Positions 10,074 to 20,884 are shown, numbered from the stretch's first letter. The stretch is DNA of 64,000 bases from an uncultured Deinococcaceae bacterium (GCA_964252075.1 CAXULY010000014.1:32001-96000); one strand, 5' to 3'. Notes: generated from the sequence alone by a model not told the origin. Made by a program: numbers and translations.

Positions 10074-11087
10074 ATGCGCCGACTGGGCATCACGTACGAC
10101 ACCGGATTCCTCAACGGGTTCACCAGCACCCACGAACCCTTCGACGCCAACGCCGTCCGGGCCGACCTGCAAGCCATCCGCGACGAACTTCACTGCACCG
10201 CCGTTCGACTGACGGGCGGTGACCCCACCCGCCTCGACCTCGCCGCGCGCCACGCCGCCGACCTCGGGCTGGAGGTGTGGTTCTCGCCCTTCACCTACGA
10301 GCTGGAGCAGGACGCCCTGCTGGCGCTCCTGCTCGACTGCGCGGACCACGCCGAACGCCTGCGACGACAGGGGGCCCAAGTGGTGCTCGTGACGGGCGCG
10401 GAACTCAGCCTGTTCACCAGAGGCTTCCTGCCGGGCGCGATTGCCGCGGACCGCCTGCACGGCCTCCTGACGCGAACACCGGAGACCCTCGCGGGCCTCG
10501 CCGCCCTGCCCGCACGCATCAACGCCTTCCTGCACCGAGCGGTCACGGCCGTCCGGACCCGCTTCGGCGGTCCCATCACGTACGCGTCCATCCACTTCGA
10601 GGGGGTGGACTGGACGCCCTTCGACTTCATCGCCATGGACCTCTACTGGACGAAGGACATCGCGCCGCACTTCCGCGCGGGCGTGCAGTCCCTCCTGCGC
10701 CTGGGCAAACCCGTGGCCATCACGGAATTCGGGTGTGCCACGTACCGAGGCGCCGCGGATGTTGGCGCCGTCGATATCGTGGAGTACCAGGACGGCCACC
10801 CCTTCCGCCTGAACGGTGAGTACGAACGGGACGAGGCCGCGCAGGCGCAGTGCATCACGACGCTGGCGCAGCTCTTCCAGGAGGAGGGCGTGGACACCGC
10901 GTTCGTCTGCACCTTCGCGTGCTTCTACCTGCCGCACCGCACCGATGGACGGCCCGACTTTGACCTGGGCAGCTTCGGCATCGTGCGGGCCGCCGATCAG
11001 GAGGCCGTCCGTGCAGGCGCCCCGCGCTGGACCCCCAAGGCGAGCTTCAGCGCCTTGAGCGCCACGTACCGTTCATTCGACCGCTGA
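10074..11087 (+). CDS. Glycoside-hydrolase-like TIM-barrel protein (family often auto-annotated 'abortive infection protein')
   Basis: GITYDTG...ELHCTAVRLTG, GLEVWFSP, GAEL and ITEFGC motifs resembling clan GH-A; AGGAGG RBS; no signal peptide. Confidence 0.7.
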   Translation: MRRLGITYDTGFLNGFTSTHEPFDANAVRADLQAIRDELHCTAVRLTGGDPTRLDLAARHAADLGLEVWFSPFTYELEQDALLALLLDCADHAERLRRQGAQVVLVTGAELSLFTRGFLPGAIAADRLHGLLTRTPETLAGLAALPARINAFLHRAVTAVRTRFGGPITYASIHFEGVDWTPFDFIAMDLYWTKDIAPHFRAGVQSLLRLGKPVAITEFGCATYRGAADVGAVDIVEYQDGHPFRLNGEYERDEAAQAQCITTLAQLFQEEGVDTAFVCTFACFYLPHRTDGRPDFDLGSFGIVRAADQEAVRAGAPRWTPKASFSALSATYRSFDR

Positions 11088-11531
11088 CCGACGCCGGAAG
11101 CTTGTCTCTGCCTGCGGCGCAGGTTCGCATTCGCATGGGCGGTCGGGCCAATGGACCGCACGCTCGCATGGTCTGCATTGCCTGAATCACTGTTCGTGCG
11201 CGGTCCCGACTTCAGGGACGAGCCCGACAACGGTGCGCCGGGCAGTCGTCACTTCATGCGACTAAGGTTCACACGTCCGAACCGCAGCCACCTGAAGCGC
11301 CACCTGACGCCCCTTAGCGTCCTGTCATGGTGCATTGGACGCTCACATGGCGCCGCGCCCGAGGGTGCACGAGCGCCACCTCAAGAGTGAACGCGCTGTG
11401 TCACGTCATGATTCCGCTGTTCGGATGTAACGTGTGGCACCCCCTTTGACGCCGCCGCGCAACATCACGGTGAGGCGCGCGAATGGCTCCATACGGCCCG
11501 ACCTCAATCCGGCCATTCCGCGCTGTCAACC

Positions 11532-12065
11532 TCACCTCAGACGCGCCGCGATGCGGCGCGCGCAATCGAACGCTTCCTGATGGGTGGTATCGACCTCCAG
11601 GTCGTACGTCACCCCCTGGTGCACCGTCTCAGCCTGAAGCCTCGCCATTCCAGATACCCGGTCACCGCGGGCCACCTCACGCCCCTCGGCCACCAGCGGG
11701 TCACAGCGCACCCCCACCCACAGCACCGCCAGGCCATCCAGCGCCATCCGCCAGCGGGCCTGGGACGTCGCGCCCCCCAGGAACACGTCATCGACGATGA
11801 CGCGCGCGCCCGCGCGGACCATCGCCGCGACGCCGCGACTCCACGCCTCATCCAGCTGCTGAAAGACCAGACCGGTCGAGATCGCCCCGTCCGGGCCGAA
11901 CGTGATGCCGGCGTCCGACGCGCGCAGCGCGTCGGGCAGTGCATTGACGAAAGCGTCGACGCTGAGGGAGAGCCAGGGCTCGGGCAACTGGGCCTGCAGG
12001 CAGCGGGCGATGCCCGACTTCCCCGAGCTCGAACCGCCATTGAGGACGATGATCTGGGTGGTCAC
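11532..12065 (-). CDS. cpt: Chloramphenicol phosphotransferase (CPT) family protein
   Basis: [38 protein letters not shown] and YDLEVDT motifs; leaderless TACGAT-N6-GTG. Confidence 0.85.
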   Translation of the reverse strand: MTTQIIVLNGGSSSGKSGIARCLQAQLPEPWLSLSVDAFVNALPDALRASDAGITFGPDGAISTGLVFQQLDEAWSRGVAAMVRAGARVIVDDVFLGGATSQARWRMALDGLAVLWVGVRCDPLVAEGREVARGDRVSGMARLQAETVHQGVTYDLEVDTTHQEAFDCARRIAARLR

Positions 12066-12887
12066 CCGTGCATCGTACCGGCGCGTGAGGCGCGTCCCCA
12101 GCCCACCCCGACGGTGCGTGCAGCTTGGGGCGTTGCCGTGGTGGCGTGGTACGCCGGAAGACTCGACCCAGGCCATCCCGCCGTCGCGCGGCGCCGCACG
12201 CCGAGGCAACTTGCAAGTAAGCGCAAACCCGACAAGCCACGCGCGTCGCTGATGTGTTCAGCACTGCCAGGACGACCGGTACTGGGAGAGTCGCACAGCC
12301 GCCCCGGCTCGCGAAGCGAGACACCGTTGGATCATCGGACGACACGCCGAATTCGGGCCTGCACATGACCCGCTCTCCCCTTCCCCACTCCGGCGCAGCA
12401 ACGATTCCGGACCACCCGTCGGGCAGTGAGGTGAAGCGGAGTCCTGCGCGGGTGAGGGGCGGTTCTACAAATGCCCCGCACGGGCGCTGCTCCGTGCCTG
12501 ATGCACCGTCATGTTTCAGGTCAGCTGCGTGCTCGGAATATGAGCGTGGATGTTCGCTGGAGCGTCACCGATCAAAGGTAACTCCGCGCGGATTTCCATC
12601 GTCAGGAGCAAAGCGACCGCTGTAATCGCGCAGGAACCACAAAGGGCGCAGGTCATCAATCGCGCCGCTGAAGTCGCGCATTGCCAGAACGGTCAAACAT
12701 CCCTACGCATGGTTGGCAAGAGGACCGTGCGATTCTTGTGTGCACGAGTCGTGGCCCCTGCGGGCAGCGTTGGGAGTTCTTTAGAACTCGCCCAATGCGT
12801 GTCGTCGCGGTCCTGCGGTGTGGTTCTCCCCGCAGACCCTTTGGGCAATACGCATGTCCTCGGTCTCGGGAGGCGCCAGGCTGATGA

Positions 12888-13091
12888 ATGGCCCCTCCAC
12901 CAGACATCCGCGTGCGTGAACTCGGCGCCTCCCCATACGGCGCGCTGGTGGTGCTGGAGCTGCCCAAGGGCATGCCCGTTCCGCCCCTTCAGTCAATCAT
13001 GCCTGCTCATGACCGCACGTACCGTGTGGTTGGCGTGCTGGACCTTGGGGATGGGCGCGGTCCGCACCTCCTCGCCCTGCTGCACCCGTGA
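12888..13091 (+). CDS. Small hypothetical protein (67 aa), member 1 of a four-copy family
   Basis: Aligns with 56762-56974 (V.EL, G.L, VP, TY, VG, D.G, GP, LALL); CAGGCT-N5-ATG upstream. Confidence 0.65.
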   Translation: MAPPPDIRVRELGASPYGALVVLELPKGMPVPPLQSIMPAHDRTYRVVGVLDLGDGRGPHLLALLHP

Positions 13092-13554
13092 AGAGTTCGC
13101 GTGGGACGACATGCCACATCAGGTGCGCCGCATGTCCAGATGGAGCCAGCCCCGGCCCTGGTACGGCGAAGGAATTGCGTGCCTTGGACCGACGCGCAGC
13201 GCTGAAGGCCTGAGTTCAGACCTTGTTACGAGGCCCTTCGTGGTCGCGGACTGTGAGGTCTGGCCGCTCTAAGCCGAGGAATACAGCGAATAAGTGCGTG
13301 CCTGACCCATCACGAACTTGTGGCAGCCCAGGGTTGGCTGCCCTGGTGCACATTGCGGCGTGGGCAGGTAAAGGATTAGGCACCTGCCTTGGTAACGCAG
13401 GTTGAGTGATGAGGTCCTCAGGTCTTGCTGACTACTCGGGCGCTCCGACACCGGCTAGCAAGGGATGTCTGGGCGCCCACAGAAGCTCTGACCATCTGAC
13501 CGCTCAGCGTACTGTGCCTCGCACTTGAATAGTGATATCAAGACTAGTAATATC

Positions 13555-14172
13555 ATGGCTATAAACTTTGATTCGCGGCGGTCGGCACTCGGGCTGATCG
13601 TGCTCACGCTGCTGACCGAGGAACCGATGTACCCCTACCGCATGCAGCAACTCATCCGCGAGCGCGGCAAGGACGCCGTCGTGAACGTCCGGCAGCGCGC
13701 GAGCCTCTACCAGAGCATCGAGCGACTGCACCGGGACGGCCTCATCTCTGTCCACCAGACGGCGCAGCAGGAAGGCCGCCCTGAACGCACCCTGTACGCC
13801 ATCACCGAACTGGGCCGCGAAACCGCGCGGCGCTGGACGCGCGACATGCTCTCCCGCCCCGCCCAGCACTACCCGGAGTTCCCCGCCGCCCTGGCCTGCA
13901 TCCCCCTCCTCACCCCCGAGGACGCCCTCAACCAGTTGCATGTGCGCCTGGAAGCCCTGACGGAGAGCGTGCGGCAACTGCACCTCCAGACCCCGGACGA
14001 CGCTCAGGTTCCCCGCCTCTTCCTGCTGGAAAGCGAGTACCAGATGGCGGTGCTGCAGGCCGAACGGACCTGGGTGACCGCCCTCATCGCGGACCTGAAG
14101 GACGGGCACCTGACCTGGAACGACGCCTGGTTGCGGGCCGTCCTCGCACAAACCGCGCGCGAGCCCAGCTGA
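13555..14172 (+). CDS. PadR-family transcriptional regulator
   Basis: LLTEEPMYPY, SLYQSIERL..DGLI and GRPERTLYAITELGRE motifs. Confidence 0.92.
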   Translation: MAINFDSRRSALGLIVLTLLTEEPMYPYRMQQLIRERGKDAVVNVRQRASLYQSIERLHRDGLISVHQTAQQEGRPERTLYAITELGRETARRWTRDMLSRPAQHYPEFPAALACIPLLTPEDALNQLHVRLEALTESVRQLHLQTPDDAQVPRLFLLESEYQMAVLQAERTWVTALIADLKDGHLTWNDAWLRAVLAQTAREPS

Positions 14173-14252
14173 CCCACACCTGCGCCTGAAGCGCCCCACA
14201 CCTCGTCACCTCACGCCAGCGCGACCGCACGGCCGCGCGGAAGGGACCATTT

Positions 14253-15605
14253 ATGCCTCGACAGTTGAAGATCATGATCATCGGCGCGGGAACCGGGGGG
14301 CTGTGCCTGGCACACGGCCTGAAACAGGCGGGGATCGAGGTGGTGGTGTACGAGCGGGACCGCACGCGCACCGGTGGCCTGCAAGGCTACCGCGTGGGCA
14401 TCTCACCGGACGGCAGCCGGGCGCTCGCGCGCTGCCTGCCACCGGAGCTGTTCCAGACGTTCGTGGCCACCTGCGCCCGCCCACCCCGATACTTCAACAT
14501 GCTGTCCGAGCACCTGCGTGAACTCCTCTCACTCGACATTACCGTCGATCCGGACCCCAGCAACCGCGAGGAGTCCGTCAGCCGCATGACGCTGCGTCAG
14601 GTGCTGCTGACGGGCCTTGAGCAGGACGTGCACTTCGACCGGACCTTCGAGCGCTTCGAGCAGCACGAGAACGGCACGGTCACCGCGCACTTCTCGGACG
14701 GCCACTCGGACACCGCCGACCTGCTGGTGGCCGCAGACGGCACCAATTCGCGGGTCCGCCAGCAGTACCTGCCGCACGCCCGCATGCTCAGCACCGGCAT
14801 GGTCGGCGCGGCCGGCAAGCTGCCGCTGACCCCGGAGAGCCGCGCGCTCCTCTCGGACAAGGTCTTCGAGGGCGTGAGCATGGTCATGGCGCCCCTGGGG
14901 TTCTCCATGATCCTGCACGTGATGGAATTCGGCTGGGACGCGACCGGGGTGAAGCCCGGCGTGGCCGGGAGTGACGCCGCGCTGCTGCAGGACTGGCCGG
15001 GCCTGCTGTTCGACAACACCCGCGACTACGTCATGTGGGGGCTCTCCGGCGCGACCCGCAACTTCCCCACCGACGTCCTGTCCCTGCGCGGCGCCGAGCT
15101 GCTGCGGCTGGTGCAGGGCCTCACGGCCACCTGGCACCCGAACCTGCGGCAGCTGCTGGACCTCACCGATCCCAGCACGGTGTTCGCCCTGAACATCCGC
15201 ACCTCGGAGCCCACCCCGCCCTGGCCGAGCAGCGCGGTCACGCTGCTGGGCGACGCCATTCACACCATGACGCCCGGCCTCGGCGTCGGGGCGAACACCG
15301 CGCTGCGCGACGCCGCCCTGCTGGTCGACGTGCTCAGGCGGGTTCAGGCCGAGGAGCTGTCCCTGATTCCGGCCATCGCCCGGTACGAAGCGGAGATGCG
15401 TTCGTACGCGTACCCGGCGGTGACGGCTTCACGCGCCCGCATCAACGGGGACGACATCATCCACCGCCCGGGCGTCGGGCGGCTGGCCCTCGGGGCGATG
15501 CGGACGGGCATGTGGGTGGTGAACCACCTGCCCGCCGTAAAGCGCCGGCAGGCGCAGGCGCTCGTTCAGTCGCGCGGCCATGACCGGGAGAAGGGCGCGG
15601 CGTGA
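14253..15605 (+). CDS. FAD-dependent monooxygenase (aromatic hydroxylase type)
   Basis: IIGAGTGG, LVAADG and TLLGDAIHTMTPGLGVGANTALRDA fingerprints. Confidence 0.93.
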   Translation: MPRQLKIMIIGAGTGGLCLAHGLKQAGIEVVVYERDRTRTGGLQGYRVGISPDGSRALARCLPPELFQTFVATCARPPRYFNMLSEHLRELLSLDITVDPDPSNREESVSRMTLRQVLLTGLEQDVHFDRTFERFEQHENGTVTAHFSDGHSDTADLLVAADGTNSRVRQQYLPHARMLSTGMVGAAGKLPLTPESRALLSDKVFEGVSMVMAPLGFSMILHVMEFGWDATGVKPGVAGSDAALLQDWPGLLFDNTRDYVMWGLSGATRNFPTDVLSLRGAELLRLVQGLTATWHPNLRQLLDLTDPSTVFALNIRTSEPTPPWPSSAVTLLGDAIHTMTPGLGVGANTALRDAALLVDVLRRVQAEELSLIPAIARYEAEMRSYAYPAVTASRARINGDDIIHRPGVGRLALGAMRTGMWVVNHLPAVKRRQAQALVQSRGHDREKGAA

Positions 15606-15775
15606 CCGCCGCCGGGGCGCGTGGCGCGCGCCCAGGGCGGTGACGGCCCTGCTCCCCTGGCCGCGATGTGCCTCCAGGTACCCGGCCCGGCGGCCCAGGG
15701 CGTCACGCCGCCCGTGTGAGGTGCGCTCACGTGGCGTGAAGGGCCGGTGAGGGCGCCCCACGGTATCCTGCCCGC

Positions 15776-18478
15776 ATGCCAGAACAGCCGGTGGCGCCCG
15801 GGGTGTCCGCTCCTTCCCTGACCGAGCACCTCCAGCGCGTCACCGAGGCGCTCGCCGCCGCGACCACCCCCGCGGAGGTCTTCACGGTGGTGCTTGAACC
15901 CGCCCTGCAGGCCCTGAACGCCATCGCGGGCGCGGTGCTGCTCGTGAACGAGGCGGGAGATCAGCTGCGCATGACCGCCACGCGGGGGCACGAGGAGGGC
16001 GCCGAGACCATCTGGCAGGACGGGCCCCTGAGCGCGGACGTGCCGTCCGGAGCGGCCCTGGAGCGCCACGAGGCCCTCTTCTATGAACACGCGGGGGCCC
16101 TGGCGCGCGCGTACCCCCAGCTGGAAGCGCGCACGGGTGTGATTGCGCCCGTCGCCAGCGTCGTCCTGCCCATGTTCGGCGACGCGCGGCCCCTCGGCGT
16201 GGTGGTGCTGGATTTCCACGAGCCGCACCACTTCACGGACGAGGAACGGCGCTTCCTGTGCACCCTCGCCGCGCAGTGCGGCATCGCGCTCGGGCGGGCC
16301 CGCTTGCTCGCGCGCGTCCAGCGTGAGGCGCGCGAGAAGTCGCACATCCTGGAGAGCATCAGCGACGCCTTCTACGCCGTCGATCACGCGTGGCGCTTCA
16401 CCTACGTGAACGGAGAAGCGGAGCGCCTGTGGGGGCGGCGGCGCGAGGACCTGCTCGGGAAGGTCATCTGGGATGAGTTCGTGACCGCCCGGAACAGCCC
16501 GCCGCACCACGCGCACCTGGAGGCTCTGCGGGAGCGGCGGGTGGTGCGGCTGGAGTCGGTGTCGCCCATCGTGGGCCGCTGGGTGGACATCAGCATCTAC
16601 CCGACCCAGGATGGACTGGCGGTGTACTTCAAGGACATCAGCGCGCGTAAGCAGCAGGAGCAGGAACTCCAGGCGCTCAACGCCGAGCTGGAATCCAGGG
16701 TGGCGGAGCGCACCCGGGTCATTCAGGGGAACGCCCGCGCCCAGGAGGCGTTCGTGGCGTTCGCGAACGCCGTCGGGACGGAAGTGGACGTGCTGGTCCT
16801 GGCGCGCCAGGCGGTGCAGGTGGTGCGCGCGAACCTGGAGGACGTGAGCGTCGCGTACTACGAACTGGAGGGCGGGCGGTGGACCGCGCGGGTGTGGTCC
16901 GACGACATTCCCGCCGAGATCGTCGCGCAGATTCGCGGTGGCGTGGCGCAGGACGCCCCACAGTACGCCCAGGCCGCCCGCACGCGCGCCGCGGTGTTCG
17001 CGGATGGCTGGAGCGCCTCCGCCAACGGGGTGGCCCACGCGGAAGCGTACGGGGCCGCGGCCTTCCTGCCGCTGGTGGTGAACGGGGAAACGCGCAGCCT
17101 CTTCTCGGTCGGCACGCGCCTGACGCGCGCGTGGACGGAGCACGAGCGGGCCGTGATTCAGGCCGTCATGCGCGGCCTGAGCATCGCCATGGAGCGCGCC
17201 GAGCAGACCCGGAGCCTCGCCGACCGCAACGCGAAACTCGGTGCGCGCACCCGCGCGCTGGGGGCGTTTCAGGAGTGGACGCACGACCTGACCCTCACCA
17301 CCGAGGCGTCCGCGCTGATGGAGCGAGCCGAGGCCCTGCTGTTCGACCTGTTGCCCATCCAGGCGGTGGTGTTCTACGAGCGGATCGGGGAGCGCTGGTT
17401 CGTGAAGAGCATGCGGGGCGGGTTCGGCAGTGAGGGCCTGCGCCTGGCGCACGAGGCGGGCCTCCCACACGAGGACACGCACAACCTGCGCATTCCCTTC
17501 GAGACGGGCGAGGCGCACTACCAGGACGTGTACCACCCGGAGACCGACGGTCTGGCCGCCCACATGACGCACGTCTCCGCGACGGCCATCGTGCCGCTGC
17601 GCACGGGGCGGGGCATCCGGAACCTGATGGGGGTGGCGCGCTTCGGGCAGGTGAACTGGACGGGCGCCGAACGGACCATCATCGAGACGGTGTGGCGCAG
17701 CCTGGAGCTCGCGTTGGACCGCGCGGAACAGGCGGCCGACCTGCAGCGGGAGCGCGCCGCGCTGTCGGCGCGCTCCAGTGAGCTCGCGCGCACCAACGAG
17801 GAGCTGGAGGCCTTCACGTACAGCGTCAGCCATGACCTGCGCACGCCCGTGCGGCACATCGTGGGCTTCACCGAGCTGCTGGGCTCGTCCTTGAAGGGCC
17901 GCCTGGACGACCGAGAGGCGCGGTACCTGAAGGTCATCCGGGACGCCACGGCCCGCATGAACACCCTGATTGACGCGATGCTGGACCTGTCGCGCACGGC
18001 CCGCCTGCCGTTGCGCCTGGGCCCCGTGGACCTGGGCGCGGTGGTGGCGGGCGTCCGCGCGGAACTGGAGCCGGACGCGGACGGCCGGGCGGTGCGCTGG
18101 GTGGTCGCGCCGCTGCCTGTGGTGATGGGCGACCGCGACACGCTGCGGCAGGTGGTGGTGAACCTCCTCTCGAACGCGCTGAAGTTCACGCTCCCGCGCG
18201 CCGAGGCGGTTATCGAGGTGTGGGCGGAGGAGCGCGAACAGGACTGGCTGGTGTGCGTGCGGGACAACGGGGTAGGCTTCAACGCGCAGTACACCGACCG
18301 GCTGTTCGGGGTGTTTCAGCGCCTGCACCGCCAGGAGGACTTCGAGGGCACGGGCGTGGGCCTCGCGAACGTGCGGCGCATCATCGCGCGCCACGGGGGC
18401 GAGGCGTCGGCGCGCAGCGGGCCGGGCGAGGGCGCCACGTTCGCCTTCACCCTCCCGAAGTCGGCGGGCGGCCAATGA
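15776..18478 (+). CDS. Orphan cytoplasmic sensor histidine kinase (GAF-PAS-GAF-GAF-HisKA-HATPase)
   Basis: PAS ISDAFYAVDHAWRFTYVN; H-box SHDLRTP; NLLSNALKF, DNGVGF and GTGVGL boxes; leaderless TATCCT-N6-ATG. Confidence 0.93.
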   Translation: MPEQPVAPGVSAPSLTEHLQRVTEALAAATTPAEVFTVVLEPALQALNAIAGAVLLVNEAGDQLRMTATRGHEEGAETIWQDGPLSADVPSGAALERHEALFYEHAGALARAYPQLEARTGVIAPVASVVLPMFGDARPLGVVVLDFHEPHHFTDEERRFLCTLAAQCGIALGRARLLARVQREAREKSHILESISDAFYAVDHAWRFTYVNGEAERLWGRRREDLLGKVIWDEFVTARNSPPHHAHLEALRERRVVRLESVSPIVGRWVDISIYPTQDGLAVYFKDISARKQQEQELQALNAELESRVAERTRVIQGNARAQEAFVAFANAVGTEVDVLVLARQAVQVVRANLEDVSVAYYELEGGRWTARVWSDDIPAEIVAQIRGGVAQDAPQYAQAARTRAAVFADGWSASANGVAHAEAYGAAAFLPLVVNGETRSLFSVGTRLTRAWTEHERAVIQAVMRGLSIAMERAEQTRSLADRNAKLGARTRALGAFQEWTHDLTLTTEASALMERAEALLFDLLPIQAVVFYERIGERWFVKSMRGGFGSEGLRLAHEAGLPHEDTHNLRIPFETGEAHYQDVYHPETDGLAAHMTHVSATAIVPLRTGRGIRNLMGVARFGQVNWTGAERTIIETVWRSLELALDRAEQAADLQRERAALSARSSELARTNEELEAFTYSVSHDLRTPVRHIVGFTELLGSSLKGRLDDREARYLKVIRDATARMNTLIDAMLDLSRTARLPLRLGPVDLGAVVAGVRAELEPDADGRAVRWVVAPLPVVMGDRDTLRQVVVNLLSNALKFTLPRAEAVIEVWAEEREQDWLVCVRDNGVGFNAQYTDRLFGVFQRLHRQEDFEGTGVGLANVRRIIARHGGEASARSGPGEGATFAFTLPKSAGGQ

Positions 18479-18819
18479 CGAGAGGGGGCACAGACGTGCT
18501 AAAGGGCGTTGGAAGACCTCCGCAACGGCGGGTGGTCCGGAGGCTGACGGGCTGTGGTGGCCGGGCGAACCACTGACGCAGGCTCAGCGGGATAGCGGGA
18601 TGAGCGGGCCGCCGTGAAGGAACACGGAACCGCGACACCGCAGTGATCGCGGGTTTTCTGTCCGGTGAGGAGGCGCGACTTCGTGCACTTGGTTCCGCGC
18701 CCTCAACGCCGGCGTGACTGACTGGGTGGCCCAGACACCTACGGGAGCTGAAGGCGCGAGGGGCAGGACCGCACTCACCGCTGGTCACGGTCCAGCCCGT
18801 GCGGGGCGGGAGCGTCCGT

Positions 18820-20223
18820 TCAGTGGGTCGCGGCGGCGCGCGGTGCGCGCGCGGGGTCGGGAAGCAGCAGGGACAGCACGACGGCCAGCGCGCTGAAGGC
18901 CGTGGTCCACCAGAAGGCGTGGTGGAAGGCCGCGGCGCCCGCCGTGGCGGCCCGGGCGGCACCCTGCAGGATGACGGCGAGCACCGCGGTGCCGAAGGCG
19001 CCCCCGACCTGGGTGGCGATGCGCGTGACCATGCTGGCGTCCGGCACGTCCGTCCGCGCGAGGCCCGTGAAGGCGAGCGCCATGATGGGAATGGTGACGG
19101 CGCCCAGGCCGAACCCGCGGGTGACGAGCGCGGCCATCAGGACGAGGGGGTGGGTGTGGGCGTCGGCGAACGCGAAGGGCAGCGTGCCCAGCGTGACGAT
19201 CGCGAAGCCCGCGGCCGTCACCCAGCGCGGGCCGATCTGGTCCGTGAGGCGGCCGGCGGCGGTGCGGCTGAGCAGCGTGCCGATGCCCTGCGGAATCAGC
19301 AGCAGGCCGGCGCCGAGCGCGTCGGTCCCGCGGACCTCCTGCACGTACAGTGGCAGCAGCAGCATCGCGCCGTAGAGGGACACCCCGGACAGGAAGAGCA
19401 GCAGCGACGATGAGCCCAGCGGCCCGTGGGTGAGGAGGCGCACGTTGATGAGGGCGCGCGGGCCGCGCCGCCACGCCCACAGGGTGAACGCGGCGAGCAG
19501 CGCCACGCCGAGTGTGAGGGGCAGGAGGACGTCACCGCGCGTGAAGCCGCCGACCTTGGCGACGTTGGTCAGGGCGTACAGCAGCCCGACGAGGGCGGGG
19601 GCGATCAGCGCGAGGCCCACGCCGTCGAGGGGCGCGGAGGGCGCGGGGGCGTCCCTGGGGAGCAGCCATGCGGCCAGGATGAGGCCGAGGAGGCAGAAGG
19701 GGACGTTCACCCAGAACAGCCAGGGCCAGGTGAGGTGCTGCAGGATGAAGCCGCCGATGACCGGGCCGAGGATGGGGCCGAGGACGACGGGGAGGCTGAT
19801 GGTGGACATCAGGCGCCCGAGGGCCTGCCCGTTGGCGGCCTGCATGATCAGGGTGGTCATGAGGGGCAGCATCAGGCCGCCGCCGAGGCCCTGAACCACG
19901 CGAAACAGGATGAGGCTGGGGGCGTTCCAGGCGAGGCTACACAGGATGGAGCCGAGCAGGAAGATGGTGAGGGCGATCATCCAGAGCGCCTTGCTGCCGA
20001 CGCGCCGCTGGGCCCAGCCGACCAGGGGAATGGCAACGCCGAGGGCGAGCAGGTAGGCGGTGCTGACCCACTGGATGAGGTCCACGCGCACGTGGAGGGC
20101 GTGCGTGAGGGTGCGCAGGGCGACGCTGACGATGGTGGTGTCGAAGACCACCGCGAGGGCGCCGACGATGACGGCCCAGGCGACGCGGTGGACGCTTGAG
20201 GCATGCTGTGGGGGCTGGGTCAT
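18820..20223 (-). CDS. DHA2 (EmrB/QacA-type) MFS efflux transporter
   Basis: DTTIVSVAL, RVVQGLGGG, LGPILGPVIGG and WLFWVNVP motifs; about 14 TM. Confidence 0.92.
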   Translation of the reverse strand: MTQPPQHASSVHRVAWAVIVGALAVVFDTTIVSVALRTLTHALHVRVDLIQWVSTAYLLALGVAIPLVGWAQRRVGSKALWMIALTIFLLGSILCSLAWNAPSLILFRVVQGLGGGLMLPLMTTLIMQAANGQALGRLMSTISLPVVLGPILGPVIGGFILQHLTWPWLFWVNVPFCLLGLILAAWLLPRDAPAPSAPLDGVGLALIAPALVGLLYALTNVAKVGGFTRGDVLLPLTLGVALLAAFTLWAWRRGPRALINVRLLTHGPLGSSSLLLFLSGVSLYGAMLLLPLYVQEVRGTDALGAGLLLIPQGIGTLLSRTAAGRLTDQIGPRWVTAAGFAIVTLGTLPFAFADAHTHPLVLMAALVTRGFGLGAVTIPIMALAFTGLARTDVPDASMVTRIATQVGGAFGTAVLAVILQGAARAATAGAAAFHHAFWWTTAFSALAVVLSLLLPDPARAPRAAATH

Positions 20224-20233
20224 TCCAATCTCC

Positions 20234-20254
20234 TTAGATACACTGTGTATCTTA
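20234..20254. promoter_or_regulatory. TetR operator palindrome TTAGATAC-N5-GTATCTTA
   Basis: AGATACAC-T-GTGTATCT inverted repeat between the divergent MFS and tetR. Confidence 0.75.
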
Positions 20255-20287
20255 AATGGAGTGTACGGCCCGAGAACAGGAAACACA

Positions 20288-20884
20288 ATGCCCCTGAACG
20301 ACACCACGGAACCCCAACGGCGGCGGCGCGGCGCAGCCCTGGAACAGGCCCTTCTGAACGCCGCCTGGACTGAAGTCACGGAGCGCGGCTACGACGCCTT
20401 CTCCATCGAGGGCGTCGCCGAGCGCGCCGGCACCAGCCGCGCCGTGCTGTACCGCCGCTGGCCCACCAAACCCCAACTCGTTCGCGCCGCCATCGCGCAC
20501 GCCCTGAACCAGGGGCAGCACGAAGCGCCCGACACCGGCACCGTCCGGGGCGACCTGATTGAGGTGCTGCGCCGCGCGAACGCCACCCGCGCGCCCCTCG
20601 CCGTCCTGCTCACCGTTCAGCTCGCCCCCTACTACCTCGAAACCTCAACCAGCCTCGCGGACCTGCGCGAATTCCTCCTCGAAGGCCGCACGGCGCAGCT
20701 GGACGTCATCCTCCAGCGGGCCACCAGGCGCGGCGAACTCGACCCCGACAAACTGACGCCGCGGCTGCGCAACCTGCCCTTCGACCTGTTCCGGCACGAG
20801 CTCCTCATGACGCTCAAGCCCGTCCCCGAGCCGGTGATCACCGAGATTGTGGACAGCGTGTTCCTGCCCCTCGTGCGCTCCTAG
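20288..20884 (+). CDS. TetR-family regulator (paralog of 9397-9990)
   Basis: RRRGAALEQA...VAERAGTSRAVLYRRWP; PDTGTVRGDL. Confidence 0.93.
   Translation: MPLNDTTEPQRRRRGAALEQALLNAAWTEVTERGYDAFSIEGVAERAGTSRAVLYRRWPTKPQLVRAAIAHALNQGQHEAPDTGTVRGDLIEVLRRANATRAPLAVLLTVQLAPYYLETSTSLADLREFLLEGRTAQLDVILQRATRRGELDPDKLTPRLRNLPFDLFRHELLMTLKPVPEPVITEIVDSVFLPLVRS

Noticed and set aside
13200..13500. Possible transposase relic (HELVAAQGWLPWCTLRRGQVKD)
   Set aside because: Resemblance too weak, no catalytic motif or terminal repeats; needs BLASTx.
15566..18475. Long antisense ORFs (969 aa here; also 40560-43613, 44821-47805, 49436-50995)
   Set aside because: Shadow frames of real high-GC genes on the other strand, with no motifs of their own.
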